A stretch of DNA of 64,000 nucleotides from Escherichia coli (lineage in GTDB: Bacteria; Pseudomonadota; Gammaproteobacteria; Enterobacterales; Enterobacteriaceae). The stretch lies in NCBI RefSeq assembly GCF_041248615.1, contig NZ_CP158426.1; one strand, given 5' to 3'. Positions 29,471-40,551 of this stretch are shown here, piece after piece (the stretch's first letter is position 1; each line of letters starts with the position of its first letter). The translations under genes and the position numbers were made by a program. Under the pieces are notes generated by a model, which saw only the letters and a list, made by a program, of their open reading frames with translations, did no database searches and had not been told where the DNA came from.

Positions 29471-29713
29471 AATGTTGCAAGTATGTTTCTATCTTTTTTC
29501 AAATATGATCTAAGAAACGCGATCCAGCTGGCAAAATTTGGAGGTGGCGCACTCATGGATTCGGGTGAATTTTGTTTTAGATCATTTTTAAGTGTGATTT
29601 CGGTCACTTATCCGATTTTGCAGAATTAACAACTGGAGCAGCACTTTCCGGAAGCGTAAAATATCCACAACGTTTATCTGGCACCTTGGGTGCACATACA
29701 GAGGAAATCAACG

Positions 29714-29998
29714 ATGAGTAAATGTAGTGCTGATGAAACCCCGGTTTGCTGCTGTATGGATGTTGGCACCATTATGGACAACTCCGACTGCACCGCGTCT
29801 TATAGCCGCGTGTTTGCAAACCGCGCAGAAGCAGAACAAACGCTGGCGGCGCTGACTGAAAAAGCCCGTAGCGTGGAATCCGAACCGTGCAAAATCACCC
29901 CAACTTTCACTGAAGAGTCTGACGGTGTGCGCCTGGATATCGATTTCACTTTTGCCTGCGAAGCTGAAATGCTGATCTTCCAGCTGGGTCTGCGTTAA
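29714..29998 (+). CDS. yfcZ: UPF0381 small protein YfcZ (94 aa)
   Basis: MSKCSADETPVCCCMDVGTIMDNSDCTASYSRVF; AGAGGAAA Shine-Dalgarno before ATG 29714; the longer ORF from 29690 is rejected. Confidence 0.85.
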   Translation: MSKCSADETPVCCCMDVGTIMDNSDCTASYSRVFANRAEAEQTLAALTEKARSVESEPCKITPTFTEESDGVRLDIDFTFACEAEMLIFQLGLR

Positions 29999-30016
29999 TT
30001 CCTCTCGGGTACATAC

Positions 30017-30050
30017 GCCCCTGTCAGTTGTTGGCAGGGGCGTTTTATTT
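30017..30050 (+). terminator. intrinsic terminator after yfcZ
   Basis: GCCCCTG-tcagttgttgg-CAGGGGC followed by GTTTTATTTT. Confidence 0.75.
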
Positions 30051-30134
30051 TCTCTTCTACTTTTCTCTCTGTGTCATAGCTCCCACTTTCCCTTTTCTCC
30101 ATTTGGCTAAATGTAAAAAAATGGTTAAGACTAT

Positions 30135-30152
30135 GATCAGGTCAGACCACTT
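30135..30152. promoter_or_regulatory. FadR operator in the fadIJ promoter
   Basis: GATCAGGTCAGACCACTT about 30 bp upstream of the fadI start. Confidence 0.6.
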
Positions 30153-30178
30153 TATTTATTTTTTTACAGGGGAGTGTT

Positions 30179-31489
30179 ATGGGTCAGGTTTTACCGCTGG
30201 TTACCCGCCAGGGCGATCGTATCGCCATTGTTAGCGGGTTACGTACGCCTTTTGCCCGCCAGGCGACGGCTTTTCATGGCATTCCTGCTGTTGATTTGGG
30301 GAAGATGGTGGTAGGCGAACTGCTGGCACGCAGCGAAATTCCCGCCGAAGTGATTGAACAACTGGTCTTTGGTCAGGTCGTACAAATGCCGGAAGCCCCC
30401 AACATTGCGCGTGAAATTGTTCTCGGTACCGGAATGAATGTGCATACCGATGCTTACAGCGTCAGCCGCGCTTGCGCTACCAGTTTCCAGGCGGTTGCAA
30501 ACGTCGCAGAAAGCCTGATGGCGGGAACTATTCGCGCGGGGATTGCCGGTGGGGCAGATTCCTCTTCCGTATTGCCAATTGGCGTCAGTAAAAAACTGGC
30601 GCGCGTGCTGGTTGATGTCAACAAAGCTCGAACCATGAGCCAGCGCCTGAAACTCTTCTCTCGCCTGCGTTTGCGCGACTTAATGCCGGTGCCTCCGGCA
30701 GTGGCGGAATACTCTACTGGCTTGCGGATGGGCGACACCGCTGAACAAATGGCGAAAACCTACGGTATTACTCGCGAACAGCAAGATGCATTAGCGCACC
30801 GTTCGCATCAGCGAGCCGCTCAGGCGTGGTCAGACGGTAAACTCAAAGAAGAGGTGATGACTGCCTTTATCCCTCCTTATAAACAACCGCTTGTCGAAGA
30901 CAACAATATTCGCGGTAATTCCTCGCTTGCCGATTACGCAAAGCTGCGCCCGGCGTTTGATCGCAAACACGGAACGGTAACGGCGGCAAACAGTACGCCG
31001 CTGACCGATGGCGCGGCAGCGGTGATCCTGATGACTGAATCCCGGGCGAAAGAATTAGGGCTGGTGCCGCTGGGGTATCTGCGCAGCTACGCATTTACTG
31101 CGATAGATGTCTGGCAGGACATGTTGCTCGGTCCGGCCTGGTCAACGCCGCTGGCGCTGGAACGTGCCGGTTTGACAATGAGCGATCTGACATTGATCGA
31201 TATGCACGAAGCCTTTGCAGCTCAGACACTGGCGAATATTCAGTTGCTGGGTAGCGAACGTTTTGCTCGTGATGTACTGGGGCGTGCACATGCCACTGGC
31301 GAAGTGGACGATAGCAAATTTAACGTGCTTGGCGGTTCGATTGCTTACGGGCATCCCTTCGCGGCGACCGGCGCGCGGATGATTACCCAGACATTGCATG
31401 AACTTCGCCGTCGCGGCGGTGGATTTGGTTTAGTGACCGCCTGTGCTGCGGGTGGGCTTGGCGCGGCAATGGTTGTGGAGGCGGAATAA
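30179..31489 (+). CDS. fadI: 3-ketoacyl-CoA thiolase FadI (436 aa)
   Basis: Thiolase fold with active-site Cys context and C-terminal [14 protein letters not shown]; stop overlaps the fadJ start (TAATG). Confidence 0.95.
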   Translation: MGQVLPLVTRQGDRIAIVSGLRTPFARQATAFHGIPAVDLGKMVVGELLARSEIPAEVIEQLVFGQVVQMPEAPNIAREIVLGTGMNVHTDAYSVSRACATSFQAVANVAESLMAGTIRAGIAGGADSSSVLPIGVSKKLARVLVDVNKARTMSQRLKLFSRLRLRDLMPVPPAVAEYSTGLRMGDTAEQMAKTYGITREQQDALAHRSHQRAAQAWSDGKLKEEVMTAFIPPYKQPLVEDNNIRGNSSLADYAKLRPAFDRKHGTVTAANSTPLTDGAAAVILMTESRAKELGLVPLGYLRSYAFTAIDVWQDMLLGPAWSTPLALERAGLTMSDLTLIDMHEAFAAQTLANIQLLGSERFARDVLGRAHATGEVDDSKFNVLGGSIAYGHPFAATGARMITQTLHELRRRGGGFGLVTACAAGGLGAAMVVEAE

Positions 31490-33633
31490 TGGAAATGGCA
31501 TCAGCGTTTACCCTTAATGTCCGTCTGGACAACATTGCTGTTATCACCATCGACGTACCGGGTGAGAAAATGAATACCCTGAAGGCGGAGTTTGCCTCGC
31601 AGGTGCGCGCCATTATTAAGCAACTCCGTGAAAACAAAGAGTTGCGCGGCGTGGTGTTTATCTCCGCGAAACCAGACAACTTCATTGCTGGCGCAGACAT
31701 CAACATGATCGCCAACTGCAAAACGGCGCAAGAAGCGGAAGCACTGGCGCGGCAGGGTCAACAGTTAATGGCGGAGATTCATGCTTTGCCCGTTCCGGTT
31801 ATCGCGGCTATTCATGGCGCTTGCCTGGGCGGTGGGCTGGAGTTGGCGCTGGCGTGCCACGGTCGCATGTGTACTGACGATCCTAAAACGGTGCTCGGTT
31901 TGCCTGAAGTACAACTTGGATTATTACCCGGTTCAGGCGGCACCCAGCGTTTACCGCGCCTGATAGGTGTCAGCACAGCATTGGAGATGATCCTCACCGG
32001 AAAACAACTTCGGGCGAAACAGGCATTAAAGCTGGGGCTGGTGGATGACGTTGTTCCGCACTCCATTTTGCTGGAAGCCGCTGTCGAGCTGGCGAAGAAG
32101 GATCGCCCATCTTCCCGCCCTCTACCTGTACGCGAGCGTATTCTGGCGGGGCCGTTAGGTCGTGCGCTGCTGTTCAAAATGGTCGGCAAGAAAACAGAAC
32201 ACAAAACTCAAGGCAATTATCCGGCGACAGAACGCATCCTGGAGGTTGTCGAAACGGGATTAGCGCAGGGCTCCAGCAGCGGTTATGACGCCGAAGCTCG
32301 GGCGTTTGGTGAACTGGCGATGACGCCGCAATCGCAGGCTTTGCGTAGTATCTTTTTTGCCAGTACGGAAGTGAAGAAAGACCCCGGCAGTGATGCGCCG
32401 CCTGCGCCATTAAACAGCGTGGGAATTTTAGGTGGTGGCTTGATGGGCGGCGGTATTGCTTACGTCACTGCTTGTAAAGCGGGGCTTCCGGTCAGAATTA
32501 AAGATATCAACCCGCAGGGCATAAATCATGCGCTGAAGTACAGTTGGGATCAGCTGGAGGGCAAAGTTCGCCGTCGTCATCTCAAAGCCAGCGAACGTGA
32601 CAGACAGCTGGCATTAATCTCCGGAACGACGGACTATCGCGGCTTTGCCCATCGCGATCTGATTATTGAAGCGGTGTTTGAAAATCTCGAATTAAAACAA
32701 CAAATGGTGGCGGAAGTTGAGCAAAATTGCGCCGCTCATACCATCTTTGCTTCGAACACGTCATCTTTACCGATTGGCGATATCGCCGCTCACGCCGCGC
32801 GACCGGATCAAGTTATCGGCCTGCATTTCTTCAGCCCGGTAGAAAAAATGCCGCTGGTGGAGATTATTCCTCATGCGGGGACATCGGCGCAAACCATCGC
32901 TACCACAGTAAAACTGGCGAAAAAACAGGGTAAAACGCCAATTGTCGTGCGTGACAAAGCCGGGTTTTACGTCAATCGCATTTTAGCACCTTACATTAAT
33001 GAAGCTATCCGCATGTTGACCGAAGGTGAACGGGTAGAGCACATTGATGCCGCGCTGGTGAAATTTGGTTTTCCGGTAGGCCCAATCCAACTTTTGGATG
33101 AGGTAGGAATCGACACCGGGACTAAAATTATTCCTGTACTGGAAGCCGCTTATGGAGAACGTTTTAGCGCGCCTGCAAATGTTGTTTCTTCAATTTTGAA
33201 CGACGATCGCAAAGGCAGAAAAAATGGCCGGGGTTTCTATCTTTATGGTCAGAAAGGGCGTAAAAGCAAAAAACAGGTCGATCCCGCCATTTACCCGCTC
33301 ATTGGCGCACAAGGGCAGGGGCGACTCTCCGCACCGCAGGTAGCTGAACGGTGTGTGATGTTGATGCTGAATGAAGCAGTACGTTGTCTGGACGAGCAGG
33401 TTATCCGTAGCGTGCGTGACGGAGATATTGGCGCGGTATTTGGCATTGGTTTTCCGCCATTTCTCGGTGGTCCGTTCCGCTACATCGATTCTCTCGGTGC
33501 GGGTGAAGTGGTTGCAATAATGCAACGACTGGCCACGCAGTATGGTTCCCGTTTTACCCCTTGCGAGCGTTTAGTCGAGATGAGCAAGCGTGGGGAAAGT
33601 TTTTGGAAAACAACTGCAACTGACCTGCAATAA
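31489..33633 (+). CDS. fadJ: multifunctional fatty-acid oxidation protein FadJ (enoyl-CoA hydratase / 3-hydroxyacyl-CoA dehydrogenase), 714 aa
   Basis: N-terminal crotonase domain and C-terminal NAD-binding 3-hydroxyacyl-CoA dehydrogenase domain ([13 protein letters not shown]). Confidence 0.95.
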   Translation: MEMASAFTLNVRLDNIAVITIDVPGEKMNTLKAEFASQVRAIIKQLRENKELRGVVFISAKPDNFIAGADINMIANCKTAQEAEALARQGQQLMAEIHALPVPVIAAIHGACLGGGLELALACHGRMCTDDPKTVLGLPEVQLGLLPGSGGTQRLPRLIGVSTALEMILTGKQLRAKQALKLGLVDDVVPHSILLEAAVELAKKDRPSSRPLPVRERILAGPLGRALLFKMVGKKTEHKTQGNYPATERILEVVETGLAQGSSSGYDAEARAFGELAMTPQSQALRSIFFASTEVKKDPGSDAPPAPLNSVGILGGGLMGGGIAYVTACKAGLPVRIKDINPQGINHALKYSWDQLEGKVRRRHLKASERDRQLALISGTTDYRGFAHRDLIIEAVFENLELKQQMVAEVEQNCAAHTIFASNTSSLPIGDIAAHAARPDQVIGLHFFSPVEKMPLVEIIPHAGTSAQTIATTVKLAKKQGKTPIVVRDKAGFYVNRILAPYINEAIRMLTEGERVEHIDAALVKFGFPVGPIQLLDEVGIDTGTKIIPVLEAAYGERFSAPANVVSSILNDDRKGRKNGRGFYLYGQKGRKSKKQVDPAIYPLIGAQGQGRLSAPQVAERCVMLMLNEAVRCLDEQVIRSVRDGDIGAVFGIGFPPFLGGPFRYIDSLGAGEVVAIMQRLATQYGSRFTPCERLVEMSKRGESFWKTTATDLQ

Positions 33634-33835
33634 GAAGGTCAAAGCTATATGAATCCGCGCTGAATGGCGGAGTGTTGCTCAAAATGTAAACGCATATTGA
33701 CTATACTTACGCCATTGAGGTAAAAAACAGCGTTTCATTCGGTGAATGGATAAGGCACAATGCCGGCCACCGTTTTCTTTCTCTGGTTTCAGATGAAAGA
33801 AAACGGGCGAATCTGGTTAACAAAAGCGGTGCAAT

Positions 33836-34321
33836 ATGCAAGTTTTTATCATGCGTCACGGCGACGCAGCCCTCGATGCCGCCAGTGATTCGGTTCGTCC
33901 TCTGACTACTAACGGTTGTGACGAATCTCGCCTGATGGCGAACTGGCTGAAAGGTCAAAAAGTGGAAATCGAACGCGTTCTGGTGAGCCCGTTCCTGCGA
34001 GCCGAGCAAACACTGGAAGAAGTAGGGGATTGTCTGAACCTGCCTTCCAGTGCAGAAGTTCTGCCGGAGTTAACGCCCTGCGGCGATGTTGGTCTGGTCA
34101 GTGCCTATTTACAGGCGTTGACCAATGAAGGTGTTGCTTCGGTACTGGTGATCTCCCACTTACCCTTAGTCGGGTATCTGGTTGCTGAGTTATGTCCGGG
34201 CGAAACGCCGCCTATGTTTACCACCTCGGCCATTGCCAGCGTAACGCTTGATGAAAGCGGAAACGGCACATTCAACTGGCAGATGAGCCCGTGTAATCTG
34301 AAGATGGCAAAAGCGATTTAA
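33836..34321 (+). CDS. sixA: phosphohistidine phosphatase SixA (161 aa)
   Basis: MQVFIMRHGDAA with the RHG histidine-phosphatase motif. Confidence 0.93.
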   Translation: MQVFIMRHGDAALDAASDSVRPLTTNGCDESRLMANWLKGQKVEIERVLVSPFLRAEQTLEEVGDCLNLPSSAEVLPELTPCGDVGLVSAYLQALTNEGVASVLVISHLPLVGYLVAELCPGETPPMFTTSAIASVTLDESGNGTFNWQMSPCNLKMAKAI

Positions 34322-34333
34322 TACGCATGCACA

Positions 34334-34370
34334 AGGCCCGCTGGTGTAATCTATCGGGCCTTTATTTTCT
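34334..34370 (+). terminator. intrinsic terminator after sixA
   Basis: AGGCCCG-14 nt loop-CGGGCCT followed by TTATTTTCT. Confidence 0.6.
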
Positions 34371-34980
34371 GGCAATGTTGAATTTATGCAATCTTATTGT
34401 ACTAACAATGATCCGCTTGTGATCGAATGGTCTTTATTTTATACGGCATGACGCTTTTATTTGTAAAAATTTACATATTGAAAGAGAATTTACTTTTATT
34501 CATAAATTATTTTTCTGGAAGCATTTTTAGGTAAATAATGACTAAAGTGAAAAATATTATTGGGTCTTGATTTTATATTAATTATAGTGTTTTAATATTA
34601 TATCGTTGCGAAATTAATATCACAAGATAGTCATTGCCATGTGATTGTTTTTGACTTTAATTTATTCACTGGGTTTTTGCATTTGCCGTTTTTTTGAACT
34701 CATTCTTCATAACTGAGATGAAAAATTTCAGTAATTATTATTCCTGCCTATTAATTAAGTATTTCTAACTTTGAATGTTAGAAAATCTAAATTGCGTCAG
34801 TCATATTAAAATATCAATATGTTCGGCACGCCAAAGAATATTGATTCAAGGGACCTGTTTTTTCAGGATCTGAAAATATGTTCATTGGCTGGTTAAAAGT
34901 CGCTGCAAAAAATTGAAGAAGCTCTGTGTCAATATTTCAGTTGGCTTATATTCTAATTATTTATGATTTAAGGACAAATA

Positions 34981-35547
34981 ATGAGTAAGTTTGTAAAAGC
35001 AGCAGTTGCCACGGCAATGCTCATGGGGGCGCTGACTTCAGCATCAGTCGTTGCCGCAGGGAACAACGGTACAGTGAGATTTTACGGCACAATTGAAGAC
35101 TCCCCGTGCTCAATTGTTCCTGACGATCATAAACTGGAAGTGGATATGGGCAGCATCGGTACGGGTTCTTTAACCGGCGGCAAAACAACCACACCAAAAG
35201 ATTTCCAGATTCGTTTACAGGACTGTAATTTCAATACAGAAACGACAATGGCTACCACATTCACCGGTAATCCGTACTCCACTAACGCAGATAACTATTC
35301 TCTGTCTAACATGGATAATGGAACTGAAATTCCAAACGTTAGCCTGGTTATCGGTGACCAGCACGGTACAGGTTATGCACTGGGAGCAGAGATTAAGCAA
35401 CCTATCGTGAAGGACAGTTCAACGGGAAAAGGCAAGCCTAAACAAACTCTGAACTTTAAAGCATGGTTAGTGGGTGAAACGGATGCTGTAACACCAACAC
35501 CGGCACCGTTTGAAACGCTGACGACGTTCCAGATCACGTATCTCTAA
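34981..35547 (+). CDS. yfcV: fimbrial major subunit (chaperone-usher pilin), 188 aa
   Basis: Signal peptide then pilin domain with conserved Cys pair and C-terminal FQITYL donor strand. Confidence 0.88.
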   Translation: MSKFVKAAVATAMLMGALTSASVVAAGNNGTVRFYGTIEDSPCSIVPDDHKLEVDMGSIGTGSLTGGKTTTPKDFQIRLQDCNFNTETTMATTFTGNPYSTNADNYSLSNMDNGTEIPNVSLVIGDQHGTGYALGAEIKQPIVKDSSTGKGKPKQTLNFKAWLVGETDAVTPTPAPFETLTTFQITYL

Positions 35548-35618
35548 TGTATTTCCCCCATAGCTGCAAAGTTATGGGGTTTATAACTACCAAATAACTA
35601 AATTATAAAAAATCATGG

Positions 35619-38270
35619 ATGGATACGCCGATGCCAGAACATTCTTTTCTCCGTTTACGGGGGCTTTCGTGGTGGATTGCTCTGGCAATTTCTGGAAGTC
35701 CATTTAATGCCCTGGCAGACGATACCGTTCAGTTTGATGGCCGATTTCTTGATTTAAAAGGCAATACCAAAATTGATTTGGGCCGTTTTTCGCAAAAAGG
35801 CTATGTTGAACCGGGAAAATATAACTTACGCGTTCATGTAAATAATCAGCCGTTACCTGACGACTACGATATCTACTGGTACGCAACTGAAAACGATCCG
35901 AATAAATCATATGCCTGCTTATCGCCAGAGCTGGTTGCCCAGTTTGGTCTGAAGGAAGATATTGCAAAGAATTTGCAATGGATCCGCGATGGTCAGTGTC
36001 TGAATACGGCACTTTTAGCAGGTACAGAAATTAGCGGCGATTTAGGCCAGTCTGCACTCCTTGTTTCTGTACCGCAGGCTTATCTGGAATATACCGACAG
36101 CGAGTGGGACCCGCCTTCGCGCTGGGATGACGGTATCCCTGGGCTTATTGCCGATTACAGTATCAACGCGCAAACCCGACATGAAAATGGGGGTGATGAC
36201 ACTAACGACATCAGCGGTAATGGTATGGTCGGCGTTAACGTTGGGCCGTGGCGCTTACGAGCTGACTGGCAGAGCGATTATCAGCATACCCGCAGTAACG
36301 ATGACGGCGACACTGACGATAGCGGTACGCAAAAAAACTGGGAGTGGAGTCGTTACTACGCCTGGCGCGCCTTGCCGTCATTAAAAGCCAAACTTTCGCT
36401 GGGCGAAGATTATCTCAACTCCGATATTTTTGATGGCTTCAGTTACATTGGCGGCAGCATCAGTACCGATGATCAAATGTTACCGCCAAACCTGCGCGGC
36501 TACGCCCCCGATATTTCAGGTGTTGCACACACTACCGCTAAAGTGACTGTAACCCAAATGGGCCGTGTCATTTACGAAACCCAGGTACCCGCAGGTCCAT
36601 TCCGCATTCAGGATATTGGCGACTCCGTCTCTGGCACGCTGCATGTCCGCATTGAAGAACAAAACGGCCAGGTACAAGAATACGACGTCAGCACGGCGTC
36701 CATGCCGTTCCTGACTCGCCCCGGCCAGGTGCGTTATAAAGTGACAATGGGGCGTCCACAAAACTGGGACCATCAGGTTGCAGGTAGCTTCTTCTCGGGC
36801 GGCGAGGCGTCGTGGGGGATAGCCAATGGCTGGTCGCTCTACGGCGGTGCGTTAGCCGATGAAAACTACCAGTCGGCGGCGCTGGGCCTCGGTCGTGACC
36901 TGGCGCTGTTAGGCGCGTTAGCGTTTGATGTCACTCACTCTCGTGTTCAACTCGACGATAACAGCGTGTATGGCAACAAAACGCTGGACGGCAACTCTTA
37001 TCGCGTCAGCTATGCCAAAGATTTTGATGAACTCAACAGTCGGGTGACGTTTGCTGGATACCGCTTCTCTGAAAAAAACTACATGACCATGAGCGAGTAT
37101 CTGGATGCGAACGACGACGACCGGGCGCGCACCGGTAACGACAAAGAGATGTATACGGTCACCTATAACCAGAACTTCACGGATGCGCGCGTTTCGGTCT
37201 ATCTCAATTATTCCCACCATACCTACTGGGATCGCCAGGATCAAACCAACTACAACATGATGCTTTCTCATTATTTCAATTTAGGAAGCCTTCGTAACTT
37301 GAGCGTTTCTCTGACTGGTTATCGCTACGAATACGATAAAAGTGCCGACAAGGGTGTTTATCTGTCCTTAAGTTTGCCGTGGGGCGACAACAGCACCATC
37401 AGTTACAACGGCAACTATGGCAGCGGTGCCGACAGCAATCAGGTGAGCCTGTACCACCGCATTGATGACGCCAGCCACTACACGTTAAGCGCCGGAACCA
37501 GCGAAAACCACAGCAGCGTGGATGGCTACTACAGCCACGATGGCACTCTGGCAAAAGTTGATCTCAGTGCTAACTACCATGAAGGGCAATACACCTCAGC
37601 AGGGATCTCTTTACAGGGCGGGGCAACGTTGACCGCTCATGGCGGGGCACTGCATCGTACACAAAATATGGGCGGCACACGTCTGTTAATCGACGCTGAT
37701 GGTGTTGCTAATGTACCGGTTGAAGGTAATGGTTCCGCCGTTTATACCAACATGTTCGGCAAAGCGGTGGTGGCAGATGTGAATGATTACTACCGCAACC
37801 AGGCTTATATCGATTTGAACAAACTGCCGGAAAACGCCGAAGCTACAAAATCAGTGGTTCAGGCAACGCTGACGGAAGGCGCTATTGGCTACCGTAAATT
37901 TGCGGTAATCAGCGGTGAGAAGGCGATGGCAGTGCTGCGCTTGCAGGATGGCAGCCATCCGCCATTTGGGGCGGAAGTAAAAAACGATAATCAACAACAA
38001 GTAGGGTTGGTTGATGACGAAGGTAATGTTTATCTGGCAGGCGTTAAACCGGGTGAACATATGACCGTTTTCTGGGAGGGTGAATCTCACTGCGATATCA
38101 GCCTGCCAGACCCGTTACCGAATGACCTGTTCAATGGCTTGTTGTTGCCATGCCAGCAAAAGGGGGGAAGTTCTCCCGTCATACCGCATGATATTCAACC
38201 CGTCATTCAGGAACAGACACAACAGGTGACACCAATGGAACCGCCGATGTCTGTTTCATCGAACCAATAA
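35619..38270 (+). CDS. yfcU: fimbrial outer-membrane usher, apparently intact (883 aa)
   Basis: Single uninterrupted 883-aa ORF with usher-like N-terminal plug and beta-barrel regions; I recall the K-12 copy being split (yfcT/yfcU). Confidence 0.88.
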   Translation: MDTPMPEHSFLRLRGLSWWIALAISGSPFNALADDTVQFDGRFLDLKGNTKIDLGRFSQKGYVEPGKYNLRVHVNNQPLPDDYDIYWYATENDPNKSYACLSPELVAQFGLKEDIAKNLQWIRDGQCLNTALLAGTEISGDLGQSALLVSVPQAYLEYTDSEWDPPSRWDDGIPGLIADYSINAQTRHENGGDDTNDISGNGMVGVNVGPWRLRADWQSDYQHTRSNDDGDTDDSGTQKNWEWSRYYAWRALPSLKAKLSLGEDYLNSDIFDGFSYIGGSISTDDQMLPPNLRGYAPDISGVAHTTAKVTVTQMGRVIYETQVPAGPFRIQDIGDSVSGTLHVRIEEQNGQVQEYDVSTASMPFLTRPGQVRYKVTMGRPQNWDHQVAGSFFSGGEASWGIANGWSLYGGALADENYQSAALGLGRDLALLGALAFDVTHSRVQLDDNSVYGNKTLDGNSYRVSYAKDFDELNSRVTFAGYRFSEKNYMTMSEYLDANDDDRARTGNDKEMYTVTYNQNFTDARVSVYLNYSHHTYWDRQDQTNYNMMLSHYFNLGSLRNLSVSLTGYRYEYDKSADKGVYLSLSLPWGDNSTISYNGNYGSGADSNQVSLYHRIDDASHYTLSAGTSENHSSVDGYYSHDGTLAKVDLSANYHEGQYTSAGISLQGGATLTAHGGALHRTQNMGGTRLLIDADGVANVPVEGNGSAVYTNMFGKAVVADVNDYYRNQAYIDLNKLPENAEATKSVVQATLTEGAIGYRKFAVISGEKAMAVLRLQDGSHPPFGAEVKNDNQQQVGLVDDEGNVYLAGVKPGEHMTVFWEGESHCDISLPDPLPNDLFNGLLLPCQQKGGSSPVIPHDIQPVIQEQTQQVTPMEPPMSVSSNQ

Positions 38271-38289
38271 CGTGATTAAGGAATGATCC

Positions 38290-39039
38290 ATGACTAAATA
38301 TCTCTCTGCCAAAACATTGACAACGGTACTGTCGTTACTGGCAGCAACGGTAAGTTTTTCTGCTCAGGCGTCAGTAACGCCCGATCGTACTCGCCTGATT
38401 TTTAATGAAAGCGATAAATCTATCAGCGTGACGCTGCGTAATAACGACCCCAAACTGCCTTATCTGGCGCAAAGCTGGATTGAAGATGAAAAGGGCGTCA
38501 AAATCAGCTCGCCGCTGGCGGTATTGCCGCCTGTACAGCGCATTGAAGCAATGATGAATGGCCAGGTTAAAATTCAGGGCCTGCCGGATATTCATAAATT
38601 ACCTGCCGATCGGGAATCGATGTTCTATTTCAACGTGCGCGAAATTCCGCCGAAATCGAACAAATCCAACACGCTACAAATCGCTCTTCAGACGCGTATC
38701 AAACTTTTCTGGCGACCGAAAGCTCTGGAAAAAAACACCACGCAAAACCCGTGGCAGCATAAAGTGACCTTAACCCGCAACGGTCAGGAATTTACTGTCA
38801 ATAACCCGACGCCGTATTACGTCATTTTCAGTAATGCCAGCGCACAGAAAAATGGCAATCCGGCAGCCGGTTTCTCGCCTATAGTGATGTCGCCGAAAAC
38901 CTCTGCACCGCTGAATGTGAAGATGGGGAGTGTGCCGGTACTGACCTATGTCAACGACTATGGCGCTCGGATGCCGCTCTTTTTCACCTGCAACGGCAAT
39001 AGTTGCCAGGTTGATGAAGAGCAGAGCCGCAAAGGCTAA
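38290..39039 (+). CDS. yfcS: periplasmic fimbrial chaperone (PapD-like), 249 aa
   Basis: Signal peptide plus PapD-like two-domain ORF. Confidence 0.88.
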   Translation: MTKYLSAKTLTTVLSLLAATVSFSAQASVTPDRTRLIFNESDKSISVTLRNNDPKLPYLAQSWIEDEKGVKISSPLAVLPPVQRIEAMMNGQVKIQGLPDIHKLPADRESMFYFNVREIPPKSNKSNTLQIALQTRIKLFWRPKALEKNTTQNPWQHKVTLTRNGQEFTVNNPTPYYVIFSNASAQKNGNPAAGFSPIVMSPKTSAPLNVKMGSVPVLTYVNDYGARMPLFFTCNGNSCQVDEEQSRKG

Positions 39040-39055
39040 TGACGGGAGAGCCAGT

Positions 39056-39562
39056 ATGAAAGGATCTTGTTCTGTCTGGGCGGTAACTGGGTTACTGATA
39101 TGTTGTGTTGGTAGCGGCTTTGCAGTTGCAGCGAGTAAGTCAGTAAGTATGAATTTACGGGTACTTGTTGATGCCCCTCCTCCTTGTACGGTAAATGGTG
39201 CGGCAGTTGAGTTTGGTAATGTATTCATTAATAAGATCGATGGGGTGAGTTATAACCGTCCCATTGACTACTCGCTTGTTTGCAACAATTTGGCAATGGA
39301 TGACTTGCGTTTACAGATGCAGGCGACAACGGTCGTGATTAACGGTGAAACAGTTATCAGCACAGGTATTCCAGGGTTTGGTATTCGGGTTCAAAAAAGT
39401 AGTGATCACTCAATACTCGACTTAACGTCTGGTTCATGGTTGCCGTTTAATTTTTCCTCGGGCATCCCTGCACTTGAAGCCGTGCCGGTGAAACAGAGTG
39501 GTACAACCTTAGCGGCAGCGGAATTTAACGCCAGCGCCACAATTGTGGTGGATTATCAATGA
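39056..39562 (+). CDS. yfcR: fimbrial-like minor subunit
   Basis: Start placed at ATG 39056 (GGGAGAG Shine-Dalgarno, MKGSCSVWAVTGLLICCVGSGFAVA signal peptide); the longer ORF from 38948 overlapping yfcS is rejected; C-terminal VVDYQ. Confidence 0.8.
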   Translation: MKGSCSVWAVTGLLICCVGSGFAVAASKSVSMNLRVLVDAPPPCTVNGAAVEFGNVFINKIDGVSYNRPIDYSLVCNNLAMDDLRLQMQATTVVINGETVISTGIPGFGIRVQKSSDHSILDLTSGSWLPFNFSSGIPALEAVPVKQSGTTLAAAEFNASATIVVDYQ

Positions 39563-40029
39563 AACGGATCTCACTTCTTGTGCTGTGGGGCTTTTGCTCG
39601 ATGGCACTCTCAAATGTCTCTTTTCACGGCTATTTAGTGCAGCCGCCTAACTGCACTATTAGCAACGCTCAAACCATAGAAATCACCTTTCAGGATGTGT
39701 TTGTTGATGACATTAATGGCAGTAATTATGAGCAAACGGTGCCGTATTCAATTACCTGTGATACGGCGGTTCGCGACCCATCAATGGAAATGACCTTGAG
39801 CTGGAGTGGCACACAAAGCGATTTTGATGATGCCGCAGTAAGCAGCAATATCACTGGATTAGGTATTCAGCTTAAACAGGCTGGGCAGCGTTTTAGGATC
39901 AATACGCCACTCGTGGTGAATGAAACCGATTTACCGGTGTTAACGGCTGTGCCAGTAAAAAAGAGTGGTGTTGATCTGCCTGAGGCGGACTTTGAAGCCT
40001 GGGCCACGTTACAGGTGGATTATCAATGA
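39559..40029 (+). CDS. yfcQ: fimbrial-like minor subunit
   Basis: ATGA overlap with the yfcR stop; signal peptide; C-terminal QVDYQ. Confidence 0.85.
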   Translation: MKRISLLVLWGFCSMALSNVSFHGYLVQPPNCTISNAQTIEITFQDVFVDDINGSNYEQTVPYSITCDTAVRDPSMEMTLSWSGTQSDFDDAAVSSNITGLGIQLKQAGQRFRINTPLVVNETDLPVLTAVPVKKSGVDLPEADFEAWATLQVDYQ

Positions 40030-40550
40030 AGAAAAAGTGTGCGTTGATTTTTATCAATAGCCTACTGTTGCTGAACAGCGGCACCACAACAGCGGTAGAT
40101 AATCTGCACTTTACCGGCAATTTAATCAGTAAATCGTGTACACCAGTGATCAACGGTAGCCAGTTGGCAGAGGTACATTTTACTGCCATTGCCGCCAGCG
40201 ATTTAATGAACATTGGGCAGTCAGAGCGAGTGCCGTTGGTCATTCAATTGAAGGATTGTCAAAGTTCTACATCGCTGAGTGTCAGAGTCACGTTAACGGG
40301 AACAGAAGATAGTGAACTGCCCGGATTTCTGGCTTTTGACGCCTCGTCTTCTGCGTCCGGCGCTGGGATTGGAATTGAAACAGCGGCAGGTATACCAGTG
40401 CCAGTCAACAATACAACAGGCGTCACGCTCCCGCTGACTCAGGGAAATAACAGCCTAAATTTTAATGCCTGGTTACAGGCGAAGAGCGGGCGAAATGTAA
40501 CGTCCGGTGACTTTAACGCCACTGTGACGGCAACCTTTGAGTATTTATAA
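40026..40550 (+). CDS. yfcP: fimbrial-like minor subunit
   Basis: ATGA overlap with the yfcQ stop; signal peptide; C-terminal TFEYL. Confidence 0.85.
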   Translation: MKKKCALIFINSLLLLNSGTTTAVDNLHFTGNLISKSCTPVINGSQLAEVHFTAIAASDLMNIGQSERVPLVIQLKDCQSSTSLSVRVTLTGTEDSELPGFLAFDASSSASGAGIGIETAAGIPVPVNNTTGVTLPLTQGNNSLNFNAWLQAKSGRNVTSGDFNATVTATFEYL

Positions 40551-40551
40551 C

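Noticed and set aside
38948-39055. Longer yfcR start overlapping the yfcS 3' end
   Set aside because: The ATG at 39056 has a Shine-Dalgarno and is followed immediately by a signal peptide; the extension lacks one.
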